A stretch of DNA of 64,000 nucleotides. It comes from a virus. Shown one piece after another: positions 8,070 to 17,647 of this stretch. The notes under the pieces were generated by a model. It saw nothing but the letters and a program-made list of their open reading frames with translations. It was not told where the DNA came from and did no database searches. The position numbers and the translations under genes were made by a program. The first letter of the stretch is position 1. The number at the start of each line of letters is the position of its first letter. The DNA is taken from the IMG/VR virus record IMGVR_UViG_3300029309_000008, positions 1 to 64,000 of that record; one strand, given 5' to 3'.

Positions 8070-8558
8070 TTAACAATTCAGGTCATTTGGGAAATATTTC
8101 CCTAAAATGTTACCGTTATAATATTTACCGTTGTCCCTAATAACATCCATCTTAAACTGGGCTTCTGTTTCTAGAAAAGAAAGTTTCTTTTCGCAGTTAG
8201 AAAACTCCCATATATGTTTTTCAAATTGGTCTCCTTCCTGTATGTGTTTGTTAAGCTCTGCATTAGACCCCGTATACATTAACCAATCAGATTCTAATTT
8301 AGCTTTATGAACCCATACTGGCAAGCCTTTTTTAGATTTTCTTTTATTTTTGTGCCTCCTAATTTCTACCCCCTCAAGTTTCAACTCCTGAAATCTTTTT
8401 ATGCCTACCTTCTTCCAGTGGTATAAACTTTTTTTACCAATATACATTTTACCTTTACTAAGGTTCGTTATGCAATATACAAATCCTATAGCATCTTTAG
8501 GTATCTGGTCGAGAGTGCTTACCTTTTTGTCATCATAAATCCACATTACCAGCCACAA
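8070..8558 (-). CDS. GIY-YIG (Seg-like) endonuclease family protein
   Basis: GFVYCITN...MYIGKK...W..YTGS...LE...YYN.NI. Confidence 0.75.
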   Translation of the reverse strand: MWLVMWIYDDKKVSTLDQIPKDAIGFVYCITNLSKGKMYIGKKSLYHWKKVGIKRFQELKLEGVEIRRHKNKRKSKKGLPVWVHKAKLESDWLMYTGSNAELNKHIQEGDQFEKHIWEFSNCEKKLSFLETEAQFKMDVIRDNGKYYNGNILGKYFPNDLNC

Positions 8559-9220
8559 ATTTTTTCGTACTGCTCCATAAATTTAGCCACCATAGGGTCT
8601 CTGTAATTTTGTTGAAGTTCTACGTGAACCATCTCATCCAGCTTATCGGCAGTATCTATAAGTTGATGAAATCCACTACGGCTAGGTTGTTTCAAATCAT
8701 TCTGTCTAAGGTCCCCTGTAAATATCATGAGAGAACCTTTACCAAGTCTTGTACAGAATAAATATGTTTGAAGTTTAGTTAGGTTCTGTGCCTCATCGAC
8801 AATCATAACACTATTAGTAATTGTTCTACCTCTGGCAAATTGCAAGGGAAGAAGTTCTAGTTGGCCCTCTTTTAGCCACTTTTCTAACTCTTTTTTACCA
8901 TTCTCTCTTAGAACCTCCATATTTTCTATTACGGGAGCACACCACTGCCTCATCTTTTCATCTTTGTTTCCTGGCAGATAGCCCATATCTTCTGTGGAAA
9001 CTTGAGGACGAGCAATATACATTCTTTCTACACCACCTTTTAAGAACAAGTCTAATGCAATTTGTGATGCAAGAAATGTCTTAGACGTACCTGCTTTACC
9101 AGTTATGATTGCAATCTTAGAATCTAGTATTTTTTCTTTTGCATGTTTTTGTTCTTCACTTAATTCATACTTAAAAGACGGGTTGGTTTTTGTCTTTCTA
9201 GTACTTAAGTCTTCTCTCAT
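8546..9220 (-). CDS. phoH: PhoH-family ATPase
   Basis: GKAGTSKT, RP, GYLPG, ARGRT, IVDEAQN, TRLG, GDLRQND. Confidence 0.93.
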   Translation of the reverse strand: MREDLSTRKTKTNPSFKYELSEEQKHAKEKILDSKIAIITGKAGTSKTFLASQIALDLFLKGGVERMYIARPQVSTEDMGYLPGNKDEKMRQWCAPVIENMEVLRENGKKELEKWLKEGQLELLPLQFARGRTITNSVMIVDEAQNLTKLQTYLFCTRLGKGSLMIFTGDLRQNDLKQPSRSGFHQLIDTADKLDEMVHVELQQNYRDPMVAKFMEQYEKICGW

Positions 9221-10212
9221 TTGTTGTAATGTTTAATAATTTCATCCCTCAAAGTTTCCTCTAAATCAGGATTTTCATCAAGTAAAGCAAAAACTGCTTT
9301 CTTACCTTGTCCAAGTTGCGTACCATCATAACTATACCACGCTCCTTTTTTATCTATTAATCCTAGAGCTATAGCCATATCTACTATCTCCTCTTTTGCG
9401 TCTATACCAATACCAAATCGTAATTGGAAAGAGTGTTTTTGTAAAGGAGGGTATGTTTTATTTTTCTCTGTAGTTGCAGTGATTAAATTAGACACCTGTC
9501 GGTCTACACCGTCAACTTTTTCTTTGTTGCCAGCAGACTTACTAGATGTAAGTTTAATACGTATTGAGGAATAAAATTTAAGTGCATTACCACCAGTTGT
9601 AACATCTGGCGAACCATACATAACACCAATCTTTTGTCTAAGTTGATTTACAAAAATTAACGTACAATTGTTTCTACTTGCAATGGGAGACAAAACACGC
9701 ATAGCTTGTGACATTAATCTTGCATGCACACCCATTTTGCTCTCACCTGCTTCACCCTCCGATTCCACAGACGGAACCATAGTGGCTACTGAGTCTACTA
9801 CAACTAGTCCTACCTCTCCAGTATCCGCAAGTGTTTTTGTTATTTCTATTGCTTCTTCGCCACTACTTGGTTGACAAAAAATAAGCTCTTCAGTATCAAC
9901 ACCCAGGGCTTCTGCGTAATTTTTATCAAAAGCATGCTCCATATCCACAAAAGCACATCTCTTCCCCATAGCTTGAGCCTCAGCTATAGCATGAACACAT
10001 AGTGTGCTTTTACCAGAAGATTCCCACCCAAAAAGCTCAATAATTCTTCCTAGAGGGTAACCCCCTCCTGTAATAACATCTAGGCCTAATGAGCCTGTTG
10101 ATATTCTTTCTAATTTTTCAAAGGCTTCATTCTCTCCCAAATGAAAGACTGAACCTGAGCCAAAATTTTTATTTAGCTTGGCCAAAGCATCATTAAGCTT
10201 ACTACTCATCAT
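9217..10212 (-). CDS. recA: RecA recombinase
   Basis: ISTGSLGLD, GRIIELFGWESSGKST, VVDSVA, ARLMSQAMR, NQLR.KIGVMYGSP.VTTGGNALKFYSS. Confidence 0.97.
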   Translation of the reverse strand: MMSSKLNDALAKLNKNFGSGSVFHLGENEAFEKLERISTGSLGLDVITGGGYPLGRIIELFGWESSGKSTLCVHAIAEAQAMGKRCAFVDMEHAFDKNYAEALGVDTEELIFCQPSSGEEAIEITKTLADTGEVGLVVVDSVATMVPSVESEGEAGESKMGVHARLMSQAMRVLSPIASRNNCTLIFVNQLRQKIGVMYGSPDVTTGGNALKFYSSIRIKLTSSKSAGNKEKVDGVDRQVSNLITATTEKNKTYPPLQKHSFQLRFGIGIDAKEEIVDMAIALGLIDKKGAWYSYDGTQLGQGKKAVFALLDENPDLEETLRDEIIKHYNK

Positions 10213-10432
10213 TAAGGTGGTTTTTAAATTGTTTAAAAAAAGTCTCTATTAAAACAGTTGCAACCCCACAACGAATATTAAAAAGAAACATTTCAAATAC
10301 CAAATCATCTAATTCTGTCTGGTACTTATCAAACATATCGTCAGTTAACAAGTCCTCATCCACATAGTCTAGAACACAATCTCTATAACTGTGAAAGTAC
10401 TCCCTGTCAAGAAGTTGGTTATTGTCATCCAT
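10202..10432 (-). CDS. hypothetical protein
   Basis: First ORF of the leftward operon. Confidence 0.65.
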   Translation of the reverse strand: MDDNNQLLDREYFHSYRDCVLDYVDEDLLTDDMFDKYQTELDDLVFEMFLFNIRCGVATVLIETFFKQFKNHLNDE

Positions 10433-10452
10433 AACTGCAAGTCATTTATCTT

Positions 10453-10493
10453 GCAATATAAAAAACATATCTGAATTACGCAAGTAAATTACA
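10453..10493 (-). promoter_or_regulatory. promoter of the recA-phoH operon with upstream TGTAA box
   Basis: TGTAA-TTTA-CTTGC ... TATATTGC in the 24-nt register. Confidence 0.6.
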
Positions 10494-10539
10494 GTAAATA
10501 TTACAAATAATTTTTAGATAAAATATTTTTTTAAAAACG

Positions 10540-10571
10540 CTTGCAAATGTCAGAAACTTTTTTTAACTTCA
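10540..10571 (+). promoter_or_regulatory. putative promoter (CTTGC ... TAACTTCA)
   Basis: 24-nt register; degenerate -7 box. Confidence 0.35.
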
Positions 10572-10673
10572 CGTTGTCCTGTTAAGGGGAAGAGAAGAAG
10601 GGGGACTATAGGGGGATTTTGAGAAGGGGTTGTAAGGTGGTGTGGTTTTTGTGGATAATTACCAGTAAATTTC

Positions 10674-10705
10674 CTTGTATATTATTAAACATATTAGTAT
10701 AATAG
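10674..10705 (+). promoter_or_regulatory. promoter TTGTAT-N17-TATAAT of the rightward operon
   Basis: Canonical sigma70 geometry just upstream of ATG 10713. Confidence 0.6.
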
Positions 10706-10712
10706 TAATATT

Positions 10713-11093
10713 ATGGCACAATATAGAACACTACCTTTTTTTCTAACATACACAGACAAGATTGATTTAATTCAAAAACTTCTTGAAATATATAGTGCAA
10801 CAACTACACATCTTACACAAAGAGATATTGACCTATTAACATTGTGTTTTATGTATGATTTAAATTCTAAAGGGTTCAAAGATAAGGTAATATCTGCAAA
10901 TTTAGGAGTTAAAACACATCAAAACGTTACAACTATGTTTTCTAGGTTAAAGAAAAAAGGTTTAGTTATAAAGCATCCTGTAAAAAATAGAAAGGACCTT
11001 AATAGTGACCTTCAAAAGCTAAAAGAAACAATAGAACAATATCCAAATATCGCTATACAAATGATGTATACTTCAAATGATTCTAGAAGATAA
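10713..11093 (+). CDS. putative winged-HTH DNA-binding protein
   Basis: LTQRDIDLL...ISANLGV...NVTTMFSRLKKKGLV (MarR-like pattern). Confidence 0.6.
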   Translation: MAQYRTLPFFLTYTDKIDLIQKLLEIYSATTTHLTQRDIDLLTLCFMYDLNSKGFKDKVISANLGVKTHQNVTTMFSRLKKKGLVIKHPVKNRKDLNSDLQKLKETIEQYPNIAIQMMYTSNDSRR

Positions 11094-11469
11094 AATATAT
11101 TTTATAGACGACATACTTGATGAGTATGAGAAAAGGGGAGGAGACAGAGAAGCTGCAGAAGCTTTGTATTGGACAACAAGAGACGAATTAGTAGAACATA
11201 TTAGTAATAATGATAGTGTTGTATATAAGATAAATCACTTTGGTACTTTGTACTACACTGCAGCATCTTTAAATAATTTGTTAAAGCAAGTTACTCGAGT
11301 TATAAATAAAAAAAGTAAATTCGAAAATACTTGGATTCATCGAAAAAAAGTGTTAGAGTCTAAAATAAAAAACATGTCTATTCTTATTGATAAGGCAAAG
11401 AGTAATAATATTAATAACATATGGTTTTTTAGGAAAAGGTTTAATCCACAAAAGATAAAAAATGGGTAA
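11077..11469 (+). CDS. hypothetical protein, possible IHF/HU-like fold
   Basis: helix + VYKINHFGTLY resembles HU V.I.GFG.F. Confidence 0.5.
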   Translation: MILEDKIYFIDDILDEYEKRGGDREAAEALYWTTRDELVEHISNNDSVVYKINHFGTLYYTAASLNNLLKQVTRVINKKSKFENTWIHRKKVLESKIKNMSILIDKAKSNNINNIWFFRKRFNPQKIKNG

Positions 11470-12070
11470 GATAAGACCAAGAAGAATTATTGAAGGATGG
11501 AAGAATCGCATTCTAGGAAAAAATATGTCTTTTGATGAGGCACGCTACAATACTTGCTTGGATTGTGAACATAGAAATAAAATGATTGATACTTGTAATA
11601 TATGTGGTTGTGTTTTAAAAGCTAAAACTAAAGTAGCAGATGAAGTTTGTCCTGAAAATAGATGGCATGACATAAAGGAGTTTGAGGGGAGAGGTTTAGC
11701 TATTAGAGTTCATGATTATGAAAAAACTGACATTGATGTTGTGGATGACATTATAGTTATAGAATACAGAGAACCTCTCATCCTCAACTCTCCTGTTTCT
11801 TCTTCTGAGTTTAAGATAGACTTAGTAAACTGTAGAGGAGATTATGAAAAACTTAGTTCTGAAGAAATAACTCTTGATAATATATTTACAAAGGTTTGTT
11901 CTTGCTTTTCGGTTGTACATTTAAAGAAAAAACTTGAAGAGGGAGAAAGTATGACTATGACTATTAAGTATAATACTAAGATACCTGGAATAATAGATAA
12001 AAGGCTAAAAGTGCACACCAGTCAAGGTGTGTTTGTTATAAGAATAAAAGGTGATGTAATAGAAGAATAA
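11462..12070 (+). CDS. Cys-cluster domain fused to a DUF1573-like Ig domain
   Basis: RYNTCLDC...CNICGC.LKAK...CP...W; C-terminal CSC...LEEGESMTMTIKYN...G...K.L.V.T. Confidence 0.6.
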   Translation: MGKIRPRRIIEGWKNRILGKNMSFDEARYNTCLDCEHRNKMIDTCNICGCVLKAKTKVADEVCPENRWHDIKEFEGRGLAIRVHDYEKTDIDVVDDIIVIEYREPLILNSPVSSSEFKIDLVNCRGDYEKLSSEEITLDNIFTKVCSCFSVVHLKKKLEEGESMTMTIKYNTKIPGIIDKRLKVHTSQGVFVIRIKGDVIEE

Positions 12071-12285
12071 TGGAATCAATAAGAAAAAGACACATAGCGG
12101 ATTTATTGTCAACTATGATATTAGAGAACCCAGACTTCACTGCTGTAGAATTAGTTAGGTCAGTTTTGAGAGTAAAGAATTTTAAAAATAAAAAAGGATA
12201 CAAATCCTTTAATATGTCTGCTACAGATGAAGAGTTTTCTATTGCGTTGGAAAACACGGTTAGAGAATTAAAAAATCAAAAATAA
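12070..12285 (+). CDS. hypothetical protein
   Basis: TAATG-coupled ORF. Confidence 0.7.
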   Translation: MESIRKRHIADLLSTMILENPDFTAVELVRSVLRVKNFKNKKGYKSFNMSATDEEFSIALENTVRELKNQK

Positions 12286-12656
12286 TGACTGAGGAGCAAA
12301 AAAAGTATTTAGAAAATGTTGTAAACTATAACTTGGACCTTTACGAAAAATTAGTAGAGGCCTCTAACGATTTAGACGATGAAAGCGAGTCTGAAAAGTA
12401 TGTAAAGTTTTTAGTGGTGTCAACAGCACAAGAGTGTGTTTTCAAAATAAAAGAAGCACATACTCATGCAAAACAATTATTCAATCATTCCATAGAGTTG
12501 CCTTCAAAAATTGAAAGTATGTTTGCAGGAATGAAAAGTGCATTTTCCGTTCAAAATGATGAGTTAGTAAATGTTTCAGGAATGAAGATGCCTGATTTAT
12601 TAGAATTTATAACCGAGTCATTAAACAAAGAAAATGGAGAAAAGCCAAATTCCTAA
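12285..12656 (+). CDS. hypothetical protein (small terminase position)
   Basis: Immediately upstream of and overlapping TerL; function from synteny only. Confidence 0.6.
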   Translation: MTEEQKKYLENVVNYNLDLYEKLVEASNDLDDESESEKYVKFLVVSTAQECVFKIKEAHTHAKQLFNHSIELPSKIESMFAGMKSAFSVQNDELVNVSGMKMPDLLEFITESLNKENGEKPNS

Positions 12657-14781
12657 CATATCGTTTAAGGATTTTTTAATTAATCAACCAGAGCCCACAA
12701 GAGAGCAAACTAGTTATGTCTCTTTCTGGATGAAGCATATAAACTATTGTAAATCAGGAGTTTATGTTGGAGGGGTATATATCTCTGGATGGTTATATTG
12801 GCATTTAAATTTTTTCAAACTATCTATTGATAAAAGAGATGAGTTTGGTAACTCTGTGCGAGTGGTCACCAACCCTCATCTTAGAGACAATGAGTGGCTT
12901 ATAAACTGGTGCTATAATGAAGCAGATAAAAATGGTAAACAACCTATTCTTGCATTTGGTACAAGACGATTCGCTAAGACATCTTTTATTTCATCAAGAG
13001 TTGCTTATAATACTTTTATATTTCAGTATAGTAATCCTTTAATCATTGGTGGGTCTCAGTCTGACCTAAACAATATTACTAAGTATCTTGATGAATTTTA
13101 CGAAAGAAGACCTGACTGTTTTTCTGACTTTGTAAAGATAAATGACTGGAACAAAGCGACCTCATCTGATGTTGAGATAGAGTTCAACAAAAGAATTGTA
13201 ACAAAAGGTCGAAATCCAATAAATCCTGTTAGCTACGAGTTTTTTCCTATTAATGAAAAACCAAATGATAATTCGTTTGCTTTTTCAAGGGTATCAGTTA
13301 GAAATCTCCAGCAAGGTCAAGTTACTTCCAAAGAAGAATTACTCGCAGGTATTACCCCTACAGAAGCTGTATGGGATGAGGTGGGAAAGTACTTATATTC
13401 TAAACAGCGTTCAGCTTTGCTTCCCGCTATAGAAAATGACCTTGGGGAAAGAAGGTTTGTAGAGCTATTGATTGGTACGGGAGGTAATACAGATTTTGCC
13501 GCAGATGCAGAGATAGACTTTTTAAACACAGAAAAGTCTAATTTCTTTCATTTTGACGTAAAAGAATATTTAAAAGATATTAAAGATGAGCATTTTAGAT
13601 ACTATCAAGATACTGATAAGAAAGTTAGTCTTTTTGTTCCTGCCCAAATGTCTAACAAGGGCGGCCAGAAGAAAGAAATACCGTTGGTACAATATCTCAA
13701 CAGAGACTTCACGGCTGAACAAGTTGAAGCGTTGGATGGGTTCAATATTTTTGTAACTGACTGGGAGATTGCATATGATAAGGTCGGTGACTTTATAAAT
13801 TCTGAACATGCCAAATCACCCGATAAGGGTAAAAAGGCACAAATGTATTATCCTTTCCAACCAGAAGATTGTTTTTTGTTTTCTGGTAATAATCCATTCC
13901 CTGTGGAACAAGCTAAAAAAGCTCAGGACATTATAACCATTGATGGTAAAACAGGTGAGTATGTTTCTCTAGACGTTGGTCCTAACGGTCTTATATCCGT
14001 TATACAGTCAAGTTTAGAACCTGTTACTGAATACCCATTTAAAGGAGGAGCGTATGAGTCACCTTGTGTCATATATGAAAGACCTATTTTTGAAAATCCA
14101 AGACAAATAAAAAGGGGTACATATGTTGCAGGCTTTGACGGTGCAAAGGTTGCCACCTCTAAGACATCTGATTCCCTCAACTGTTTGTATATATTTAAAA
14201 GGCAGGCTGGTGTATCAGGTTGTCAAAATCAAATAGTAGCACATCTTACAGGTAGACCACATATGGATGCGATATACTATCGACAAGCTATGTTATTGCT
14301 AAAATTGTACAATGCTGAGTGTTTGCCAGAAGCAGATGTGCCTTTTGTAAAGTATTTACGTAGCCAAAAGGCAGACTACCTTCTTGCACAAGCAAAGGGC
14401 ACAAACTTAAGAATCAATGAAAATAGTAGAGCAAATGTAGATTATGGATTACCTGCTACAGCGAGAAATAAAGAACATCTTTTAAAATTACTAAAAAACT
14501 ATTGTTGGGAACAGATACCAACAGGTGAGATAGGACCAGATGGAGAGGAGATAACTGTTCTAGGTGTAGAACGTATTACTGACCCTATGCTACTAGAGGA
14601 AATAATAAAATTTGGTAACTACAAGAATTATGACCGTATTATGTCTTTTGGACACGCATTGATTTGGGATGAAGAATTATCAATCAATAATATCACTGGT
14701 TCTGAAAATAAATATGAAATAAAAAGAGATGTCTACACTAAACTAACCGACAAAAAATTTGGTAGAAGTAGGTTTAGGTAA
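12634..14781 (+). CDS. terL: terminase large subunit, crAss-like
   Basis: ISG.LYWHLNF; Walker A-like GTRRFAKT; Walker B WDEVG; GTGG; YP..PE; nuclease GFD...SDS; NYDRIM. Confidence 0.9.
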   Translation: MEKSQIPNISFKDFLINQPEPTREQTSYVSFWMKHINYCKSGVYVGGVYISGWLYWHLNFFKLSIDKRDEFGNSVRVVTNPHLRDNEWLINWCYNEADKNGKQPILAFGTRRFAKTSFISSRVAYNTFIFQYSNPLIIGGSQSDLNNITKYLDEFYERRPDCFSDFVKINDWNKATSSDVEIEFNKRIVTKGRNPINPVSYEFFPINEKPNDNSFAFSRVSVRNLQQGQVTSKEELLAGITPTEAVWDEVGKYLYSKQRSALLPAIENDLGERRFVELLIGTGGNTDFAADAEIDFLNTEKSNFFHFDVKEYLKDIKDEHFRYYQDTDKKVSLFVPAQMSNKGGQKKEIPLVQYLNRDFTAEQVEALDGFNIFVTDWEIAYDKVGDFINSEHAKSPDKGKKAQMYYPFQPEDCFLFSGNNPFPVEQAKKAQDIITIDGKTGEYVSLDVGPNGLISVIQSSLEPVTEYPFKGGAYESPCVIYERPIFENPRQIKRGTYVAGFDGAKVATSKTSDSLNCLYIFKRQAGVSGCQNQIVAHLTGRPHMDAIYYRQAMLLLKLYNAECLPEADVPFVKYLRSQKADYLLAQAKGTNLRINENSRANVDYGLPATARNKEHLLKLLKNYCWEQIPTGEIGPDGEEITVLGVERITDPMLLEEIIKFGNYKNYDRIMSFGHALIWDEELSINNITGSENKYEIKRDVYTKLTDKKFGRSRFR

Positions 14782-14782
14782 T

Positions 14783-14823
14783 TGTAAGGTATTTGGACAT
14801 TTAATATAAAATTAGTAAGTTTG
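14783..14823 (+). promoter_or_regulatory. promoter of the portal gene with TGTAA box
   Basis: TGTAA-GGTA-TTTGG ... TAAGTTTG (perfect -7). Confidence 0.75.
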
Positions 14824-14840
14824 CCGTTTAAAGTCAAAGT

Positions 14841-17561
14841 ATGTTTCTAGATATTGATTTAAGAGATGCCCCCTATTTGGGTAGCACCCTACGGCTACCT
14901 GCACAGGCGTTGCCTAATAAGAAAAAGACAAAAGCTTGGTTTAAGGACTGCATGGATACTCTTGAAACTATTGGAATCAGACAGCTTAACGTTAATAGGC
15001 AAAGATTCGAGGATGCATATAGAATAGTTGAAGGCAGTTTCAGATACAGCGATGTTACAAACACATCTGCTTTTTTATCTGAGGTTGATATGCTTCGTTC
15101 TCAGTCTGATATTGCAGAAGACTTACAACACTATGGTTTTATTGAGCCTATCGTAAATACACTTATAGGTGAGTATATTAAGAAGCCTAATCCATCAATT
15201 ATACATGCTGATGATACACACTCTACAAATGAGTATTTGAGGTTCAAAAAACAAAGACTTTGGGAGAGCGTAAGTAAAGCTATAAACTCAGAGATAGAGC
15301 TAAAAATGATTTCTAGGGGTATAAATCCTAATCAAAAACAATTTGGCTCTGAAGAAGAGAAGCAGGCTTATATGCAGCAGCTTAGAAGCTACAGACAACA
15401 AAACATACCAAAAGAAGTAGAACAGTACATGAACACAGAGTGGAAGCCTAACTATATTGATTGGGCAGAGAAAACTCTTGAGGAGTCAGAAACTCGTTTC
15501 CATCTTGATGAAATGTACAGAGACCTATTCAGAGACTATCTAATTACTGGTAGGTGCTTTATGCATTGGAGAATAGGTAGAGACTACTATAGACCAGAAA
15601 GGTGGTCCCCACTAAATACTTTTACATCTATCACACAGGAGGAGAAATATCCTGAATTGGGTGAATATGTTGGTAGAATACAATATCTTACCCCGAACCA
15701 AGTTATAACAAACTTTGGCCATCGTTTAACTGAAAACGAGAAGAGGGAGGTACTGAAGTCCCGACATTACAAAAAATCAGATGAGGTTGCAGTATCAGGT
15801 ATAAAAGACACGCAGTCTTTTCTTGAAAACTTTGGAGGTACTCTTAAAAGAGTTCCATACGCAGATTATATTGCTCATGAGAATATTGGATTTATTCAAG
15901 ACCAAACAGGTGTTGATTTAGGGTATAGGGGTCAGTTTCCTAACCAGAATATGGGTCTTAACTATTTCTTTAACAATTATGATAACAGATACGATTTAAT
16001 AAGAGTAGTCGAGACGTATTGGGTATCCTACAAGAGAATAGGGTATTTGGTGTACAGAAAACCAGAGAGTTATGACCTTGTTAATGAAATCGTAACTGAC
16101 GAAATATTAAGAGAGCTTATAAACGAATATGGCATCAAGCAACTGCGGACTGTTACTCTAGACCAACACTCTGCTAATCCAGTTGAAAATACTATTGTAT
16201 GGGATTATGTTCCTGAAGTTTGGTATGGTGTAAAAATATTAAAAGACAATACTGACCTTTATGAAGATGTGTACATATTTGGAGAACCTGTAGAGCATCA
16301 GCTCAAGGGAGAAAGTTCTATGTTTGACACTTTGTTACCTGTATGTGGTATGATGGAAAACACATCTTTGGTATCAAGAGTAGAAATAGACCAAATTGAA
16401 TACTCTCTTGCAATGAACATGGCTAGAGATTACATGTCTAAAGAATTAGGTATATTCTTCTTGATGGACTTGGCGTATATGCCTGAGTTTTTAAAAGACT
16501 TTGGGGGAGATGAGGCAATTGGCAAACTAATGGAAGTCACAAGAAATCTTGGTCTTCTTCCTGTAGATTCTTCTCAAGCAAGAGGTACTGCGTTCAATAA
16601 CTTTCAGATGGTCAATATGGACCTTACTGCAGCTATGATGGGTAAGTTACAGTTTGCACAAGCAATTAAATCAAGAGCTTTTGAGAAGTTAGGTTTAAGT
16701 ATGCAGAGGATGGCAGGGGCTGTAGAGCAACAGACTGCTACAGGTATTAAGGTAACCCAAGATGCATCATACGCTCAAACAGAGGTATGGTTTGACAAGT
16801 TTGCTAAATTTCAACAAAGAGCTTCAGAGATGCATATTAATGTTGCACAATGGGTTCAAAAGACAGGTATTGATGTAACTGTTAACTTTACAGACAGTGA
16901 CAGAATGAGACATTTAATTATGTTAAATGATACTAATCTTCCTATTAGAAGGTTCAAAGTGTACACTCAAAATAATTCTAAAAGACGTAGTGAGCTTGAA
17001 ATACTGAAGAAAACATATTTCCAAGACAATACAATTATGAAAAACTTGGAGGATATGGCAGAAGTAATATCTGCTGACTCGACTGCTAAAGTTATCCAGT
17101 TGGCAAGGTTGTCAAGAAAGAGAACCGACCTTATGCAGCAGCAACAACAGCAACAGCAAATGCAGGCTATTGAGATGCAGAAAGCTGCTGATATGGAAAA
17201 AGAGCAACTTAAGCATCAGCACAAGATGGAGGTTGAAAGGCTGAAAGGAGAAATAGCCTTGAACAAGCAAGCTATATTATCTTTAGGCTTCGTCAAGCCA
17301 GGAGATGAGGGTGCTAAAGATGATACCCCGATGGTTGTAGAACAATTGAAAGCTTCAACTGATGCACTCGAGCAAAGGTTCAAACAAAGGATAGGAGAAG
17401 AACAACTCAGAAGACAAGCAATAGATTCTGATAGGAGGTACCAAATAGCTCAACAAGAATTAAATCTTAAGGAACGAGAGATGCAAACTCGGATGCAAGT
17501 GGCAAATAAGGACTTGCAAATCGCTGAAACTAACAAAAATCGTTATGATGCAAAAGCATAA
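14841..17561 (+). CDS. portal protein
   Basis: Follows TerL; LP.Q......K...W, HY..I.P....L.GE, F.D.LI.G; Q-rich coiled-coil C-terminus. Confidence 0.85.
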   Translation: MFLDIDLRDAPYLGSTLRLPAQALPNKKKTKAWFKDCMDTLETIGIRQLNVNRQRFEDAYRIVEGSFRYSDVTNTSAFLSEVDMLRSQSDIAEDLQHYGFIEPIVNTLIGEYIKKPNPSIIHADDTHSTNEYLRFKKQRLWESVSKAINSEIELKMISRGINPNQKQFGSEEEKQAYMQQLRSYRQQNIPKEVEQYMNTEWKPNYIDWAEKTLEESETRFHLDEMYRDLFRDYLITGRCFMHWRIGRDYYRPERWSPLNTFTSITQEEKYPELGEYVGRIQYLTPNQVITNFGHRLTENEKREVLKSRHYKKSDEVAVSGIKDTQSFLENFGGTLKRVPYADYIAHENIGFIQDQTGVDLGYRGQFPNQNMGLNYFFNNYDNRYDLIRVVETYWVSYKRIGYLVYRKPESYDLVNEIVTDEILRELINEYGIKQLRTVTLDQHSANPVENTIVWDYVPEVWYGVKILKDNTDLYEDVYIFGEPVEHQLKGESSMFDTLLPVCGMMENTSLVSRVEIDQIEYSLAMNMARDYMSKELGIFFLMDLAYMPEFLKDFGGDEAIGKLMEVTRNLGLLPVDSSQARGTAFNNFQMVNMDLTAAMMGKLQFAQAIKSRAFEKLGLSMQRMAGAVEQQTATGIKVTQDASYAQTEVWFDKFAKFQQRASEMHINVAQWVQKTGIDVTVNFTDSDRMRHLIMLNDTNLPIRRFKVYTQNNSKRRSELEILKKTYFQDNTIMKNLEDMAEVISADSTAKVIQLARLSRKRTDLMQQQQQQQQMQAIEMQKAADMEKEQLKHQHKMEVERLKGEIALNKQAILSLGFVKPGDEGAKDDTPMVVEQLKASTDALEQRFKQRIGEEQLRRQAIDSDRRYQIAQQELNLKEREMQTRMQVANKDLQIAETNKNRYDAKA

Positions 17562-17597
17562 CATTTTTTGTAATGTATTTGTAACATTTGTTTCAAA

Positions 17598-17629
17598 GTT
17601 GCAAAACATAAAAATTATATATACTTTTA
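17598..17629 (+). promoter_or_regulatory. putative promoter (GTTGC ... TACTTTTA)
   Basis: 24-nt register; TGTAA boxes at 17569 and 17580 upstream. Confidence 0.45.
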
Positions 17630-17647
17630 CACCATAAAATCACCAAC

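Noticed and set aside
17135-17165. CAG/CAA poly-Gln run in portal; also (GGCATG)n near 51935 and an 18-nt duplication near 52130
   Set aside because: In-frame low-complexity coding repeats with no sign of phase variation.
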